64,000 nucleotides of DNA from Desulfatiglandales bacterium (GCA_963667015.2 CAXXJJ010000001.1:1408001-1472000), one strand, 5' to 3'. Shown: positions 48,983 through 59,485, counted from the stretch's first letter. The notes: generated by a model from the letters alone, not told the origin. Program-made: numbers and translations.

Positions 48983-49289
48983 ATCCTGTGCAGCGGAAGA
49001 AATAATAATGTCCTCTCTCTATATGATTCTATTGCTCGGCTCCATATTTGCCCCGGGTTAAAACCGATTGGCTTAAATACAGGAGATAGTATGCTTATTC
49101 GGAAATGAAGTTTATGGATTTAGGGCCTGAGTGTCAATAAGTAATAAAACGATTATTGTGTTGTTAGAATACTCCTTCTCAACGACAGTTATTTGTTGTT
49201 ATAACCATCTTTTTTTACTATACAATTCATTAAAAAAAATGACGCCTGAATTTTATTTGCTTTTAAAAATATAGTTATCTTCACGGAGC

Positions 49290-51281
49290 ATGGAAAAAAA
49301 GAAATCATACAGAGTTGGTCGATTTGAACTTGAGCGCCTCCTGTCCAAAAGTGATCAGAGCAGTGTTTACCTTGCCAGAGATACTACCCTTGATCGTAAG
49401 GTAGCTATTAAATTCCTGACAGACAAGGCCATTAAAAGGAATGAACGGTTCGCTCAAACAATGCAGGAGGCCAGGGCTGTAAGCAAATTGCAGCACCCGA
49501 ATATCATATCCATCTACGAGACCGGCGAATATAAAAATACTCCATACCTTGTATTTGAATATGTGGAAGGCATCTCCTTAAGAGATGTCCTTAAAAAAAA
49601 GAATTCCCTGACTATTCATAACGCTGTGAAGCTCATGAGCCAGATTCTCAATGGAATTGCACTGGCTCATGAGCACGGGATTATTCATAATGATCTTAAA
49701 CCTGAAAATATTCTGATCTGCAATAAAGGTGTTCCAAGGGTAATGGATTTTGGGATATCCATGATAGTCAATGAAAAAAATCAGGCAGATCACCCGCAAA
49801 AGGGCACATTACATTATATGGCTCCCGAATGTTTCTCAAACGGTGTCATTGGCAAGAGTACAGATGTTTTTTCTCTGGGTTTGATTCTCTATGAGATGCT
49901 TACTTTTACCCCCTGTGTTGAGGCTGAAAACGAATTTGCCCTGATCTATAAAATTGTATATGAACCCGCTGTGCTTCCTTCACTTGCCAACCCGGACGTA
50001 AACAGCTCTCTGGACAGTATTTTCGAAAAGGCGGTTCAGAAAGATCCAAAGTCAAGGTTTCAGGACGCCGGTTCCATGAAGGAGGCTATTGATGCCTATA
50101 TCGAGTCCATTGATAATAAAGGGCCAGTCCTGCCAGTAAAAAGCAGCACAGAGGGGATTCTCAGCTTTCTTCTTCGCAGGATGAAGTACAAATCGGATTT
50201 TCCGGCGTTTTCAAAATCAGTAATGGATATCAATGAAAAAGCGGAGAAAAATCCATATGCCTCAGCAAGAGATCTGGCGAATATAATCCTTAAAGATTAC
50301 TCACTTACCAACAAGCTGCTTAAACTGGTCAACTCCGCCTTTTACGGTGGTGTTGGCAAGGGTGTTACAAGTATCCATCATGCAGTAGTTATTCTGGGGC
50401 TGGAACAGGTTCGCATGACCGCTGCTGCCATGCTTGTATTTACACAGATCCGTGACAAGTCAAACGTTGAAGAACTCAGGGACTCGATGATCAAGTCATT
50501 TATGAGCGGGTTGATTGAGATAGAGATTGCAAATCAGATGAATCTGCCCAAGACGGAAATAGGGTTTCTCTGTGCCATGTTCCAGAACCTTGGAAGGAAC
50601 CTGACCGTATATTATTTTCCTGAGGAGTATTCTGATATACTGGCGTTAATGGAAGAAAAGGGCCTTAACATGCATAATGCCGCCCACGAGGTCCTGGGAG
50701 TTTCATTTGATGAACTGGGTGTCTGTGTTGCCCGTCACTGGAAGTTCCCGGAGACAATAATATACGGCATGCGCAGTTTGCCTGAAGGTATTGTTGAGAA
50801 GCCGAAGTCGAAACTGGAAATGATTCGTCATTTTTCGGTTTTTGCCAATGAATTATGTGAGCTGGCAGGCAGTATAGATGCCGAAAACAGTAAGGAGCAA
50901 CTGGAAAAGCTGATCAATAGATTCAAGTCAAGTATTGCTATGTCTGAAGAAGATCTTTTAAAGATACTGCTGAACTCCGTGGAAAAGATGAAGAAATATG
51001 CCACTATCCTGGATATCGATCCTGAAAAAAGCCTTTTTATTCAAAATATCTTCAGGCTGACCGGGGCGGATGAAGAGAGTGAAGAGTATGTCAATTATGA
51101 AGATCTTACTCAAGAAGAAGCCCCTCAGATTCAATCCGGACATGATATTCCAGACAATGATGATTCTGAAGCGGAAAGCAGAAACGGAACCGAGCGGATA
51201 GTAAGAATCCCGGAGAAAAAGTCGCTCTCTTTTCCTAAAAAACTTCTCAGGATGTTTGGGAATATCACTGGCAGGAATTAA
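49290..51281 (+). CDS. Hanks-type Ser/Thr protein kinase fused to an HDOD domain
   Basis: VAIK, HPNI, HNDLKPEN, DFG, YMAPE, DVFSLG; then ILKDYSLTNKLLKLVNSAFY...HWKFP. Confidence 0.92.
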   Translation: MEKKKSYRVGRFELERLLSKSDQSSVYLARDTTLDRKVAIKFLTDKAIKRNERFAQTMQEARAVSKLQHPNIISIYETGEYKNTPYLVFEYVEGISLRDVLKKKNSLTIHNAVKLMSQILNGIALAHEHGIIHNDLKPENILICNKGVPRVMDFGISMIVNEKNQADHPQKGTLHYMAPECFSNGVIGKSTDVFSLGLILYEMLTFTPCVEAENEFALIYKIVYEPAVLPSLANPDVNSSLDSIFEKAVQKDPKSRFQDAGSMKEAIDAYIESIDNKGPVLPVKSSTEGILSFLLRRMKYKSDFPAFSKSVMDINEKAEKNPYASARDLANIILKDYSLTNKLLKLVNSAFYGGVGKGVTSIHHAVVILGLEQVRMTAAAMLVFTQIRDKSNVEELRDSMIKSFMSGLIEIEIANQMNLPKTEIGFLCAMFQNLGRNLTVYYFPEEYSDILALMEEKGLNMHNAAHEVLGVSFDELGVCVARHWKFPETIIYGMRSLPEGIVEKPKSKLEMIRHFSVFANELCELAGSIDAENSKEQLEKLINRFKSSIAMSEEDLLKILLNSVEKMKKYATILDIDPEKSLFIQNIFRLTGADEESEEYVNYEDLTQEEAPQIQSGHDIPDNDDSEAESRNGTERIVRIPEKKSLSFPKKLLRMFGNITGRN

Positions 51282-51296
51282 CTTTTGGGTAAAACA

Positions 51297-51330
51297 AAGG
51301 CTGAAGGTTTTATAAAAACCTCCAGCCCTT
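51297..51330. terminator. Hairpin between convergent genes
   Basis: aaggctgaaggtttt-ata-aaaacctccagccctt. Confidence 0.6.
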
Positions 51331-51354
51331 AAATGTTTTAATCAATGAAAAATA

Positions 51355-52317
51355 TCAGGCTTTAAGAGACAGAATGGCCCTTTTTACCAGTGTTTTTGCA
51401 ATCTGAACCTTAAATTTAGCTGCCTTGAACAGGGGCTTTGCATCGGCCACAGCAGCTTCTCCGGCTGCCTCTGCATCCTTTTCGCTTATCTTCTTGATGC
51501 CTTTTCCTGCGATAACTTCTTCGGCCTTTGTGGCGCGCACCGGTACAGGGCCAACTGCATTGAGGCTGATTCTGGGATTTTTACCGCCTGCCATTACGGC
51601 GCAGTTTACAATGGGGAAATCTATTGATTTCCTGAATGCAAACTTGATGAATGCACTTTTGGCTCCCTTCGGAAGTTCCGGTATCTGGATTTCCTTGATG
51701 ACTTCATCCTTTTCAAGGATGTTGTTTGAAGGCTGTCTGACATCAAAGAAATCTTCTGCCTCAATCGCCCTGCGGTCTGTGATTACCTTTGCATTGAGTG
51801 CAATAAGGGCCGGTGCCGTATCGCTTGGGTTCACGGCAATACATCCTTCCTTTGCCCCGAAGATTGAGTGATAACGGTTATCGCCGCTCATTGCATAACA
51901 CTTGCTTCCGCCTTTGCGTTTGCAGTCAAAGCGGTTTTCCGGTTTGCGGAAGTACCAGCAGCGGTGCAGCTGCGCGATATTTCCTGCGATGGTCCCCATC
52001 TCCCTTATGTGGGGAGTCGCAACCCTTGAAGCGGCCTGCGCAAGAGCAGTGAAATTTTTCTGTACAATCTCATTTGCAGCAATATCCGCCAGCCGGGTTG
52101 TTGCTCCTATTTTAAGCATGCCCTTTTCTTCCCTGATATAGTCAAGGCCGGGAACGGACTTGAGGTTTATCAGGGTGGCGGGGTAATCCCGGAGGATGTT
52201 ATCTTTCAGTGTGCCAAGCAGGTCGGTCCCGCCGGCTATAAGGGTTGTTTTACCGTCAGCAAGGGCGGTTTTTACTTCTGCCAGTGATGTTGCGTTTACG
52301 TGATTAAATGGTCTCAT
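51355..52317 (-). CDS. Xanthine dehydrogenase family FAD subunit with a [4Fe-4S] insert (PaoB/HcrB-like)
   Basis: IAGGTDL, ATPHIREMGTIAGN, RCWYFR..C..C..C insert, PSDTAPAL. Confidence 0.92.
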   Translation of the reverse strand: MRPFNHVNATSLAEVKTALADGKTTLIAGGTDLLGTLKDNILRDYPATLINLKSVPGLDYIREEKGMLKIGATTRLADIAANEIVQKNFTALAQAASRVATPHIREMGTIAGNIAQLHRCWYFRKPENRFDCKRKGGSKCYAMSGDNRYHSIFGAKEGCIAVNPSDTAPALIALNAKVITDRRAIEAEDFFDVRQPSNNILEKDEVIKEIQIPELPKGAKSAFIKFAFRKSIDFPIVNCAVMAGGKNPRISLNAVGPVPVRATKAEEVIAGKGIKKISEKDAEAAGEAAVADAKPLFKAAKFKVQIAKTLVKRAILSLKA

Positions 52318-52327
52318 AGTTTCCCTC

Positions 52328-54751
52328 CTATGCCTTACCTAATGCTTTGAGCACCTTGTCCGGCGTGGCCGGCGGATCTACCCATTTGCCGATTGCATTA
52401 TAAATTGCTGCAATAATCAGGTGTGTATTTGCAAGAGAATGGCTGATTCCATTAGCTCCATAACAGGCATTCCCTGCGCGTGTTTCCAGAAATTGCGATT
52501 CAACCTTTGCGTGATCCGCCATTGTCGGTTTTTTATACTCAATCATGTTCGTATTTAATCTTACGCCGGTTTTCTCGTCAAATATAAAATCTTCATATAA
52601 CTGGCAGCCTTCACTGAAGAACATTACCTGCTCTATCTGGCTTTCCAGCGATGTGCGGCGCATTACCTTGCCGGGGTCAGCAACAACGCCAAGCCTGATT
52701 ATTTCGACTTCACCTGTTTCAGTATCTACCGCGACCTCACACATGGCAACGTTCATTGTGTCAAGCTGTTTTCCCTGATGTGTCCATAGAGCTGCCGGCG
52801 GCCTGCCGGAGTAGGATGCCATCAGGTTGGTCTTTACCGCCTGTGCAAGTGGAAGGCCTTTACTCGGGTCATTCTTGAATACTACCTTTCCATCCTGCAT
52901 ATCCAGGTCTTCCGGGTCTGCACCCTTGAATGGATTCGGCTGCTGCTTTTGTCCGAAACCGCCGAATCCGCCGAATCCGCTGGGAGCAGGAGGATTATTT
53001 GCCTCTTCAACCGTGGCTTCAAGTATCTTCTTTTTTAATATGTTCGCACATTCCTTTAAGGCCCAGCCGGAAGCGGTTGTTCCGTCGCTGCCTCCGCCCC
53101 AGGGTTTGTAGGTAACATGGTGATCAAGTGTGGATTTAATATCCTCGTATTTAAGGCCAAGCTCCTCTGCGATAACCATCATGTTTGCTTCATGGATATA
53201 GTTGCCTACTACAGCTCCGGCAGAAGCCAGATGCACTGCGCCGTTTCTATACTCAATGGTCGGGCTGTACCCGGAAACCGAATGACGCGGACACTGGTTG
53301 TACCTGAAACATGCACCATGCATCCTGCCATCCTTGAGCTTCTTTTCACCTGTGCCGTGCCATTTCCAATTCATCATCTTTTTTGCCGCCTCAATGCATG
53401 CCTCAAGGCTTGGAAGCGGATCTGGATCATCCTGGGATGTCGGTCCGTGAACGTTTATTCTTGCGATCTCGATGGGGTCCTTGCCCAGTTTATCGGCAAT
53501 CATATGTATTGCAACAGTAACAGCATCCCAGTTCATCGGGTTATGCTGGCCGCTGGTCCACATCTTGCCGCGGTTACTGTCAACCATATCCATATTCTGT
53601 CTGATGTTCTTGCATCTTGTGGTATAGTAGGGGCCGTACATCTGGTCCATTGAAGTTCCGAAGTTTGTGCTTCCCTCTATCCCTGCATCAGCAATTGAAA
53701 AATCGTCCATAGCGGTAATAAGACCGTTCTTTTTAAATCCGACCTTAAGATGTATATACCGCAGGTTCAGGTTGAAGTCATACTGATCATAGCGGCTGTT
53801 AACACACCTGACCGGCCTTCCTGTTCTTTTGGCAAGCAGGGGCGTAACAAGCTGGGATTTTCGTGTTCCCCAGTCGCAGTATCTTCCTCCTACAAAAAAG
53901 CATTCCTGAAAAACCTTGTCCCCCGGTACCCCGGCCATTCTTACTGCCGACCCATGTCCCCATGGAACACCCTCAATACGAAGATTTTTTCCTTCTCCAT
54001 GATAGGGGCTGTCAAACCAGTAGGCTGCAGAGCCTATGGGGTTGGGTATATGCCCTGCAAAGGAAGGCGTGTTTATGTCACATTCAAGAATATGATCCGC
54101 TTCCTTGAAGCCTTTCTCAACGTCTCCGGCATTATTCTGGGTGGAGTATGAAACATTTCCCTGTTTGGGCTTCTGTTTCGCTCCTCCTCCTCCTCCAAAG
54201 CCGCCAAAACCGCCTTTTGATTTTGGAGCAGGGGGGCGTATGACAGGAGCATTAGGCTTTCTGCCTTCAAGAATATCCACTACATGGGGCAGCACCTCCC
54301 ATTCGCTGTCCTTTGTGAGCTGCCTTAATGCCTCTTCACATATATCTTCATTTTCGGCAACAACTATTGCGCCGATTATGCCGCCTTCCTGGTCTGCCAT
54401 ATTGGTTATAAAGGGCTGGGGCGGTCCCATCATAAATCCGCCGCCGCCACCACTGCCGTAGGCCTTGATATCTTCATCTTCCCATGTAAGGATATCGATA
54501 ACCCCGGGTATTTTCATGGCATTACTGGTATCCATTTTATTAATTTTTGCATTTGCGTAGGGGCTTCTTAAAAATTTTGCCTCAAGCATTTCCGGGAACA
54601 CATAGTCAGCCCCGAATTTTGCGATGCCTGTTGCCTGTGACCAAGACAGCCTTCCGGGAAGGTGTTTATCTCCTGAAGATGCGGGCATTCCTACAACCCT
54701 AAAAATTTCTCTCTGTCCGTTTACTCCTGCTAAATCGGCCATACTATGCAC
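52328..54751 (-). CDS. Xanthine dehydrogenase family molybdopterin-binding subunit, divergent
   Basis: ATGIAKFGAD, LRSPYANAKI, LAKRTGRPV, EVAVDTETGEV, PATPDKVLKAL. Start may be MADL at 54742. Confidence 0.9.
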   Translation of the reverse strand: MHSMADLAGVNGQREIFRVVGMPASSGDKHLPGRLSWSQATGIAKFGADYVFPEMLEAKFLRSPYANAKINKMDTSNAMKIPGVIDILTWEDEDIKAYGSGGGGGFMMGPPQPFITNMADQEGGIIGAIVVAENEDICEEALRQLTKDSEWEVLPHVVDILEGRKPNAPVIRPPAPKSKGGFGGFGGGGGAKQKPKQGNVSYSTQNNAGDVEKGFKEADHILECDINTPSFAGHIPNPIGSAAYWFDSPYHGEGKNLRIEGVPWGHGSAVRMAGVPGDKVFQECFFVGGRYCDWGTRKSQLVTPLLAKRTGRPVRCVNSRYDQYDFNLNLRYIHLKVGFKKNGLITAMDDFSIADAGIEGSTNFGTSMDQMYGPYYTTRCKNIRQNMDMVDSNRGKMWTSGQHNPMNWDAVTVAIHMIADKLGKDPIEIARINVHGPTSQDDPDPLPSLEACIEAAKKMMNWKWHGTGEKKLKDGRMHGACFRYNQCPRHSVSGYSPTIEYRNGAVHLASAGAVVGNYIHEANMMVIAEELGLKYEDIKSTLDHHVTYKPWGGGSDGTTASGWALKECANILKKKILEATVEEANNPPAPSGFGGFGGFGQKQQPNPFKGADPEDLDMQDGKVVFKNDPSKGLPLAQAVKTNLMASYSGRPPAALWTHQGKQLDTMNVAMCEVAVDTETGEVEIIRLGVVADPGKVMRRTSLESQIEQVMFFSEGCQLYEDFIFDEKTGVRLNTNMIEYKKPTMADHAKVESQFLETRAGNACYGANGISHSLANTHLIIAAIYNAIGKWVDPPATPDKVLKALGKA

Positions 54752-55463
54752 CTCCTTTTATTGTTGGCGCTGCTTCCATAATTGCGGTCGGATGACGATG
54801 ATAGGTTCCGCAGCAGCAGATGTTGCCGGCAAGGGCCTGTTTGCAGTCCTCTTCGGAAGGATTTGATTTTTTATCCAGGAGCGCCTTGGCTGAAACAAGA
54901 AAACCGGGTGTGCAGTAACCGCACTGCATGGCGTCCCATTTGCAGTAGGAATCAATAAGGGGCCGCCATTTGGGATCAGCCGCAATTCCTTCAACTGTCT
55001 GGATGGCTTTTCCTTCGCATTCCACCGCCAGGGTAGTACAAGAGAGAATCGCTCTTCCGTCCATGATAACTGTACAGGAGCCACAGGCCCCGCGACCACA
55101 CATGTGCTTTGCGCCGGTAAGACCCAGTTTGAACTGAAGTGTGCGTTGAAGTGTCCAGTGGGGCTCAATCAGAACCTCACAATCCTCTCCATTGATATTG
55201 AGCTTTGTGGTGACCGGCTCTACATGTTCGGGATGATCGGTTTTAAAATGGTTCTTAAGTTCTGCAAAACTGCTGAAATTTTTGCTGCAAACGGGGCATC
55301 GGAATTGAGTAACGGTTTTGGGCACCGATTTGATGGCCTCGGCAGCCTGTGCCATTTCAGGCCTGAGTGTCATTCCGGCTGCGCCAAGGGCGCCGCCTCC
55401 GATGATGACACCGGCATTCTTCAGAAAGTTTCTACGGTTTACATTATTTATTTCATCCGCCAT
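54744..55463 (-). CDS. 2x[2Fe-2S] subunit with Tat signal and a C2H2-like zinc finger
   Basis: NRRNFLK...AQA; CPVC-x12-H-x4-H; CGRGACGSCT, QCGYCTPG, GNICCCG. Confidence 0.92.
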   Translation of the reverse strand: MADEINNVNRRNFLKNAGVIIGGGALGAAGMTLRPEMAQAAEAIKSVPKTVTQFRCPVCSKNFSSFAELKNHFKTDHPEHVEPVTTKLNINGEDCEVLIEPHWTLQRTLQFKLGLTGAKHMCGRGACGSCTVIMDGRAILSCTTLAVECEGKAIQTVEGIAADPKWRPLIDSYCKWDAMQCGYCTPGFLVSAKALLDKKSNPSEEDCKQALAGNICCCGTYHRHPTAIMEAAPTIKGGA

Positions 55464-55735
55464 GTTCAGCTCTCCTGAATAGTTAGTTAATAAGAAATGT
55501 TTTTGCCCAGGTAGTATGCAATTGGCTCATATAGGACAATGGCCAATTAAATACCTATATTCCCTTCCTTTAAACGATAATGTCAACATTTTTATATATT
55601 AAATATTTTTTTGGTCGTCAATCCCTTAACCTAAGTCAAAAAACGATTTTTAGTTCAGGGGCATCTTAAAAAACTCATTTTTAGGCTTTTTCGTGCGAAA
55701 AGTGGTGGGGAAAACTGATTCAACAATATTGGAAG

Positions 55736-56110
55736 CTATCCCCCGGCAAGCTTTGCCCTGTAGCCCTGTTTAATTATTTCATCCAGTATTACCTGCCTGT
55801 GATCACCCTGGATTAATATTTTTCCATCTTTTATTGATCCTCCTGTCCCACAGCGGGTCTTTATTTTTTTTGCAAACTCTTTCAAGTTATTATTTTTAAG
55901 GGGAATATTACCTATTATAGTGACTGTTTTTCCCTTATGGCCTTTGGTTTCACGCATAATCCTTATGACGCCATCTTCAGGATAGCTTCGGGTCGCTTCA
56001 CTGCCTTCATTCTTTTTCTTTTTTTTACAGATGCAGGAGGAAACCGGTTTGCTGCAATCGGGACAAATTCTTCCTGATTCCGAGGACCATACAAGTCTGC
56101 TTTTTGCCAT
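55736..56110 (-). CDS. yciH: SUI1/YciH translation initiation factor family protein
   Basis: RETKGHKGKTVT, KTRCGTGGSIKDG..IQGDHR, LAGG. Confidence 0.92.
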   Translation of the reverse strand: MAKSRLVWSSESGRICPDCSKPVSSCICKKKKKNEGSEATRSYPEDGVIRIMRETKGHKGKTVTIIGNIPLKNNNLKEFAKKIKTRCGTGGSIKDGKILIQGDHRQVILDEIIKQGYRAKLAGG

Positions 56111-56127
56111 AGTTCAATCTCTCCGGT

Positions 56128-56334
56128 CTATTTTTTCTTATGCTGTTTTCTTAATGCCCGTATTTTATGGCCCTTTTCCTTGTGGGGAGGCAATTGCCAG
56201 CCGGAAAAATCACCGTTTTCATCAAAAATCCTTCGAGGATGAAGCCTTTTACCGCATCTTGAACATCGGTAAATTTTATCTCCATCTGTTACAATATCCT
56301 GCTGATCACACCAGTTATCCATATTATTACTCAT
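56128..56334 (-). CDS. Small hypothetical zinc-ribbon protein
   Basis: WC...YRCSRCGKRLHPR...PPH; co-oriented and close to yciH. Confidence 0.55.
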   Translation of the reverse strand: MSNNMDNWCDQQDIVTDGDKIYRCSRCGKRLHPRRIFDENGDFSGWQLPPHKEKGHKIRALRKQHKKK

Positions 56335-56684
56335 TGAATCTTATATATGTTATTTTATATTTATTTTCTAAATAGTGTCTTATTATTTAAACCTGCTAAA
56401 GATAATAAAAAGAATGATTTAAAGCAACAGGTATCCAGCATATCATTGCTTCACCTGTAAACAGGCATCCAAGAATATTTTACCTTTTGAAAAACTCTTT
56501 GACATTCTGCCTCATTTTAATAATATAGACCTGAAAAAAGGTGTGGAAATTCAAATACTTTTATAAGATCACATAAGATTAAGTAGCCTGCCGCAATGGG
56601 ATGTGAGGCAAGACAGTGACAGGTTATAAAGATACTGTTCAGTATGATATAATGCAGTCACATTAGCAGAAGGAGGATATCAGC

Positions 56685-57680
56685 ATGGCATCAATTACAG
56701 AGCAGGAAAAAATAATCGATCAATACATAAATGAAGGTAATCAGGATGAGGCGGCAAAGGCATTGTTTAATTTGATAGTGGAATGTGCAAAGAAAAAAGA
56801 TTTTATAAAAGCAGAGGCCCTGAGAGAGAAACTCTTTGAAGTGGCCCCCATGGCCCTGAACGAAATAACAAAATCCGGTGATATCATTGATGAAGAAAAG
56901 AGTGTCTCGATTGATGACGGGCACCGGAAGGCCTGGTCGGAACTTTACAGTGCACTTAATACTGAAGAAGCCAATGAGCTTTATTTTGACCTCAGGGAAA
57001 ATGAATACGACGAGGGGCAGATAATCTTCAACATCGGAGATAATGACACCAGGCTGTATCTTTTTGATTCCGGTGACGTGAAAATGGTTTTTATAAAGGA
57101 TGACGAGAACGCCATAAAAGTCCTGGGCCCTGGCGATACTGCAGGAAAAGACACGTTTTTTTATACCACTGCCTTCAGAACTTTCTCTCTGGTAGCCGGT
57201 TCCGGGGCAAAGCTTCGTATCCTTGAAAGGGAAGTTCTGGAAAGATGGAAGAACAGCGCCCCGGGCCTTGAGAAAAAACTGAATGATTATTGCTTTAAAG
57301 ACGGGGGGATAGCCGAATATTGTCATAAACACGGGATAGACAGGAGGTTTAATAAACGGAAAAAGATATCGGGAAAGGTAGGAGTCCAGCTCCTGAATCC
57401 TTCAGGAGCTCCCACCGGAAAGCAGTTTACAGGAGCCCTTAACGATATCTCCATGGCCGGTTTATCATTCACCTTTAAGCTGTCAAATAATGAAGTCGCA
57501 CATAAATTGCTGGGTGTAAAAACAAAAACACAGCTTGTTGTACCGGATGGTGACTCATCAAAAAAGATAGAGCAGACCGGAGAGATAGTCGGGATAGGGT
57601 ATCACGTACTTGCTGATCATTCCCTTCATATAAGATTTGATAAAATTGATGAGAAGCTTAAAACACTGGTTGGTGATTGA
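56685..57680 (+). CDS. Cyclic-nucleotide-binding domain plus PilZ domain protein
   Basis: GQIIF..GD..LYLFDSGDV..LGPGDTAG; then RRFNKR and DISMAG PilZ motifs; AGGAGG RBS. Confidence 0.85.
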   Translation: MASITEQEKIIDQYINEGNQDEAAKALFNLIVECAKKKDFIKAEALREKLFEVAPMALNEITKSGDIIDEEKSVSIDDGHRKAWSELYSALNTEEANELYFDLRENEYDEGQIIFNIGDNDTRLYLFDSGDVKMVFIKDDENAIKVLGPGDTAGKDTFFYTTAFRTFSLVAGSGAKLRILEREVLERWKNSAPGLEKKLNDYCFKDGGIAEYCHKHGIDRRFNKRKKISGKVGVQLLNPSGAPTGKQFTGALNDISMAGLSFTFKLSNNEVAHKLLGVKTKTQLVVPDGDSSKKIEQTGEIVGIGYHVLADHSLHIRFDKIDEKLKTLVGD

Positions 57681-57681
57681 T

Positions 57682-58650
57682 CTAGTCTCCTTTGCGTATG
57701 TAGACATCGCCGTCTATTGTATTTAAATATATATCCTGACCGCCGCCGTTTATCCTGGTGCTAACATAGTTTGACTGAAAGAGCCTGCTGAAATTGTTCT
57801 GCGATCCGGGTGTGGCGGTGTCATCATTTATCTGTTTCCCGACACTTACATCACCCTCAAAACCCGAATATACATCCCCGTCCATTGTTTTTGCGTGAAT
57901 ATCAGCACTGGTGCCTTTTGGGAGGGTCAGATCAATGTCTCCATCAACTGAGCTTAAGTAGAGGGCCTTGTCTTTTTGAAGTTTATCAAAGACTACACGT
58001 ACATCCCCGTCAACAGAGCTGGCAAAAACCGCGCCCCTTATATTTTCAGCATTAATGCTTCCCTGTACGGTATTGACTTCTACTATACCTGCAAAATCTT
58101 TAATATTTATCTCCCCGTCCAGGATGCCATTTAAGACTCCCCCCAGGGTGTTACCGACAATGTCCCCTATAAAATTACTGTTTTCACCGTTGTTATCTCC
58201 CTTGAAAATGGTTGAGATAATCTGATTAACAAAATTACTGGTCCCCCATGACTCCTTGTGTACATCACCTCCGAATTTGAGGATTATGTCGTTGGGGACC
58301 TTCACAGTTAAGGCAATTTCTTTATCTACAGGCCGGGAGATAATGATGATATTATTTTTTTTGTTGTTGATAATATTGAAGCCTCCGCCACCAATTCTTT
58401 TCAGCCCTTTTGCCTTTTCATTTGCTTCCTGATCTTTCTCGAATATGTTTTCATCCGAGTAAATAAGGACCTTATTGCCCTTGTATCCTGTAACGTTAAG
58501 ATCTCCGCTTCCGCTGAACACCACTATTCTTTGTCCCTTAGGATCCCCAAATTCTACCTCGGAATTATATCTGTTTTGTTTGGCAGAACATATACCTGTA
58601 GTGAATAACAGAGTAACAAGGACTATCTTTACTATTAGAGATTTTTTCAT
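57682..58650 (-). CDS. Exported DUF4097-like beta-repeat protein
   Basis: Signal peptide; repeated (S/T)xDGD(V/I) units. Confidence 0.8.
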   Translation of the reverse strand: MKKSLIVKIVLVTLLFTTGICSAKQNRYNSEVEFGDPKGQRIVVFSGSGDLNVTGYKGNKVLIYSDENIFEKDQEANEKAKGLKRIGGGGFNIINNKKNNIIIISRPVDKEIALTVKVPNDIILKFGGDVHKESWGTSNFVNQIISTIFKGDNNGENSNFIGDIVGNTLGGVLNGILDGEINIKDFAGIVEVNTVQGSINAENIRGAVFASSVDGDVRVVFDKLQKDKALYLSSVDGDIDLTLPKGTSADIHAKTMDGDVYSGFEGDVSVGKQINDDTATPGSQNNFSRLFQSNYVSTRINGGGQDIYLNTIDGDVYIRKGD

Positions 58651-58672
58651 TTTATCCTCCGATTAATTGTGC

Positions 58673-59485
58673 CTATATAAATTGCTTTAATGCCTTTCTT
58701 GCACGCTCTTTTACATGTTTTTCTACTTCAGGATTGTTAATCATCCTGATGAGCGTGGAAGATGAATCGGTTTCTTTTATGGCTGCAAGCAGATCAATCA
58801 GTGCTATCTGAACCAGGGGTGAAGATTGAAGCCCCAGTGAAATTACGAGTTCGCGTTTTACATATTCATTATCCGCAAAGTTTGTCAGTGCGTTGACAGC
58901 TGCCATCCGCACGTTAACATTCGGATCGCTGTTTAAAAGCAGCAAAAGGGTTGCATAAAACTGTGTGTCCACGTTTTTCAGCTCGCTTGTTCTTGAAAGA
59001 CCGCTTATCCTGTCAGCCGCTGAGGACTGGTTCAGGAGGGATGTCATGACAACCCTGTTCAGTTGATTCATGTCTGTCTTCAACTGGACAATCTCATTAT
59101 TGGGCGCTGTTTTATCATTAATGCTTAAACCTGTTACCAGACCGATAATAAGAACTGCTACTGTTGTCATAAATTGAACCACAGGGCGTTTCGGCCACCA
59201 TGACTCGATCCAGTTTCCTATTGACTCGTGCCATGAGATTTTTTTATTGTTCATCCCCAGGCTGTATGAGTCGATCATGCTCCGGAAGTTTCGCTTCAGA
59301 TTGACGGATGGTTCTTCCATTTCAAAGCTGTCCAGCATACACAGAGTTGATTTAATACTTTCCATTTCAGCGGAACAGGCTTCGCAGGAAGACAGATGCT
59401 CATCGACACTTCGGGCTTCCTCATCATTCAACGCGCCGTCGATATACTCGATAATCAATGTTTTAATATCTTCACATCCTGCCAT
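58673..59485 (-). CDS. Anti-sigma factor (zf-HC2, TM, HEAT repeats)
   Basis: HLSSCEAC, one TM, DPNVNVRMAAVNAL. Confidence 0.88.
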   Translation of the reverse strand: MAGCEDIKTLIIEYIDGALNDEEARSVDEHLSSCEACSAEMESIKSTLCMLDSFEMEEPSVNLKRNFRSMIDSYSLGMNNKKISWHESIGNWIESWWPKRPVVQFMTTVAVLIIGLVTGLSINDKTAPNNEIVQLKTDMNQLNRVVMTSLLNQSSAADRISGLSRTSELKNVDTQFYATLLLLLNSDPNVNVRMAAVNALTNFADNEYVKRELVISLGLQSSPLVQIALIDLLAAIKETDSSSTLIRMINNPEVEKHVKERARKALKQFI

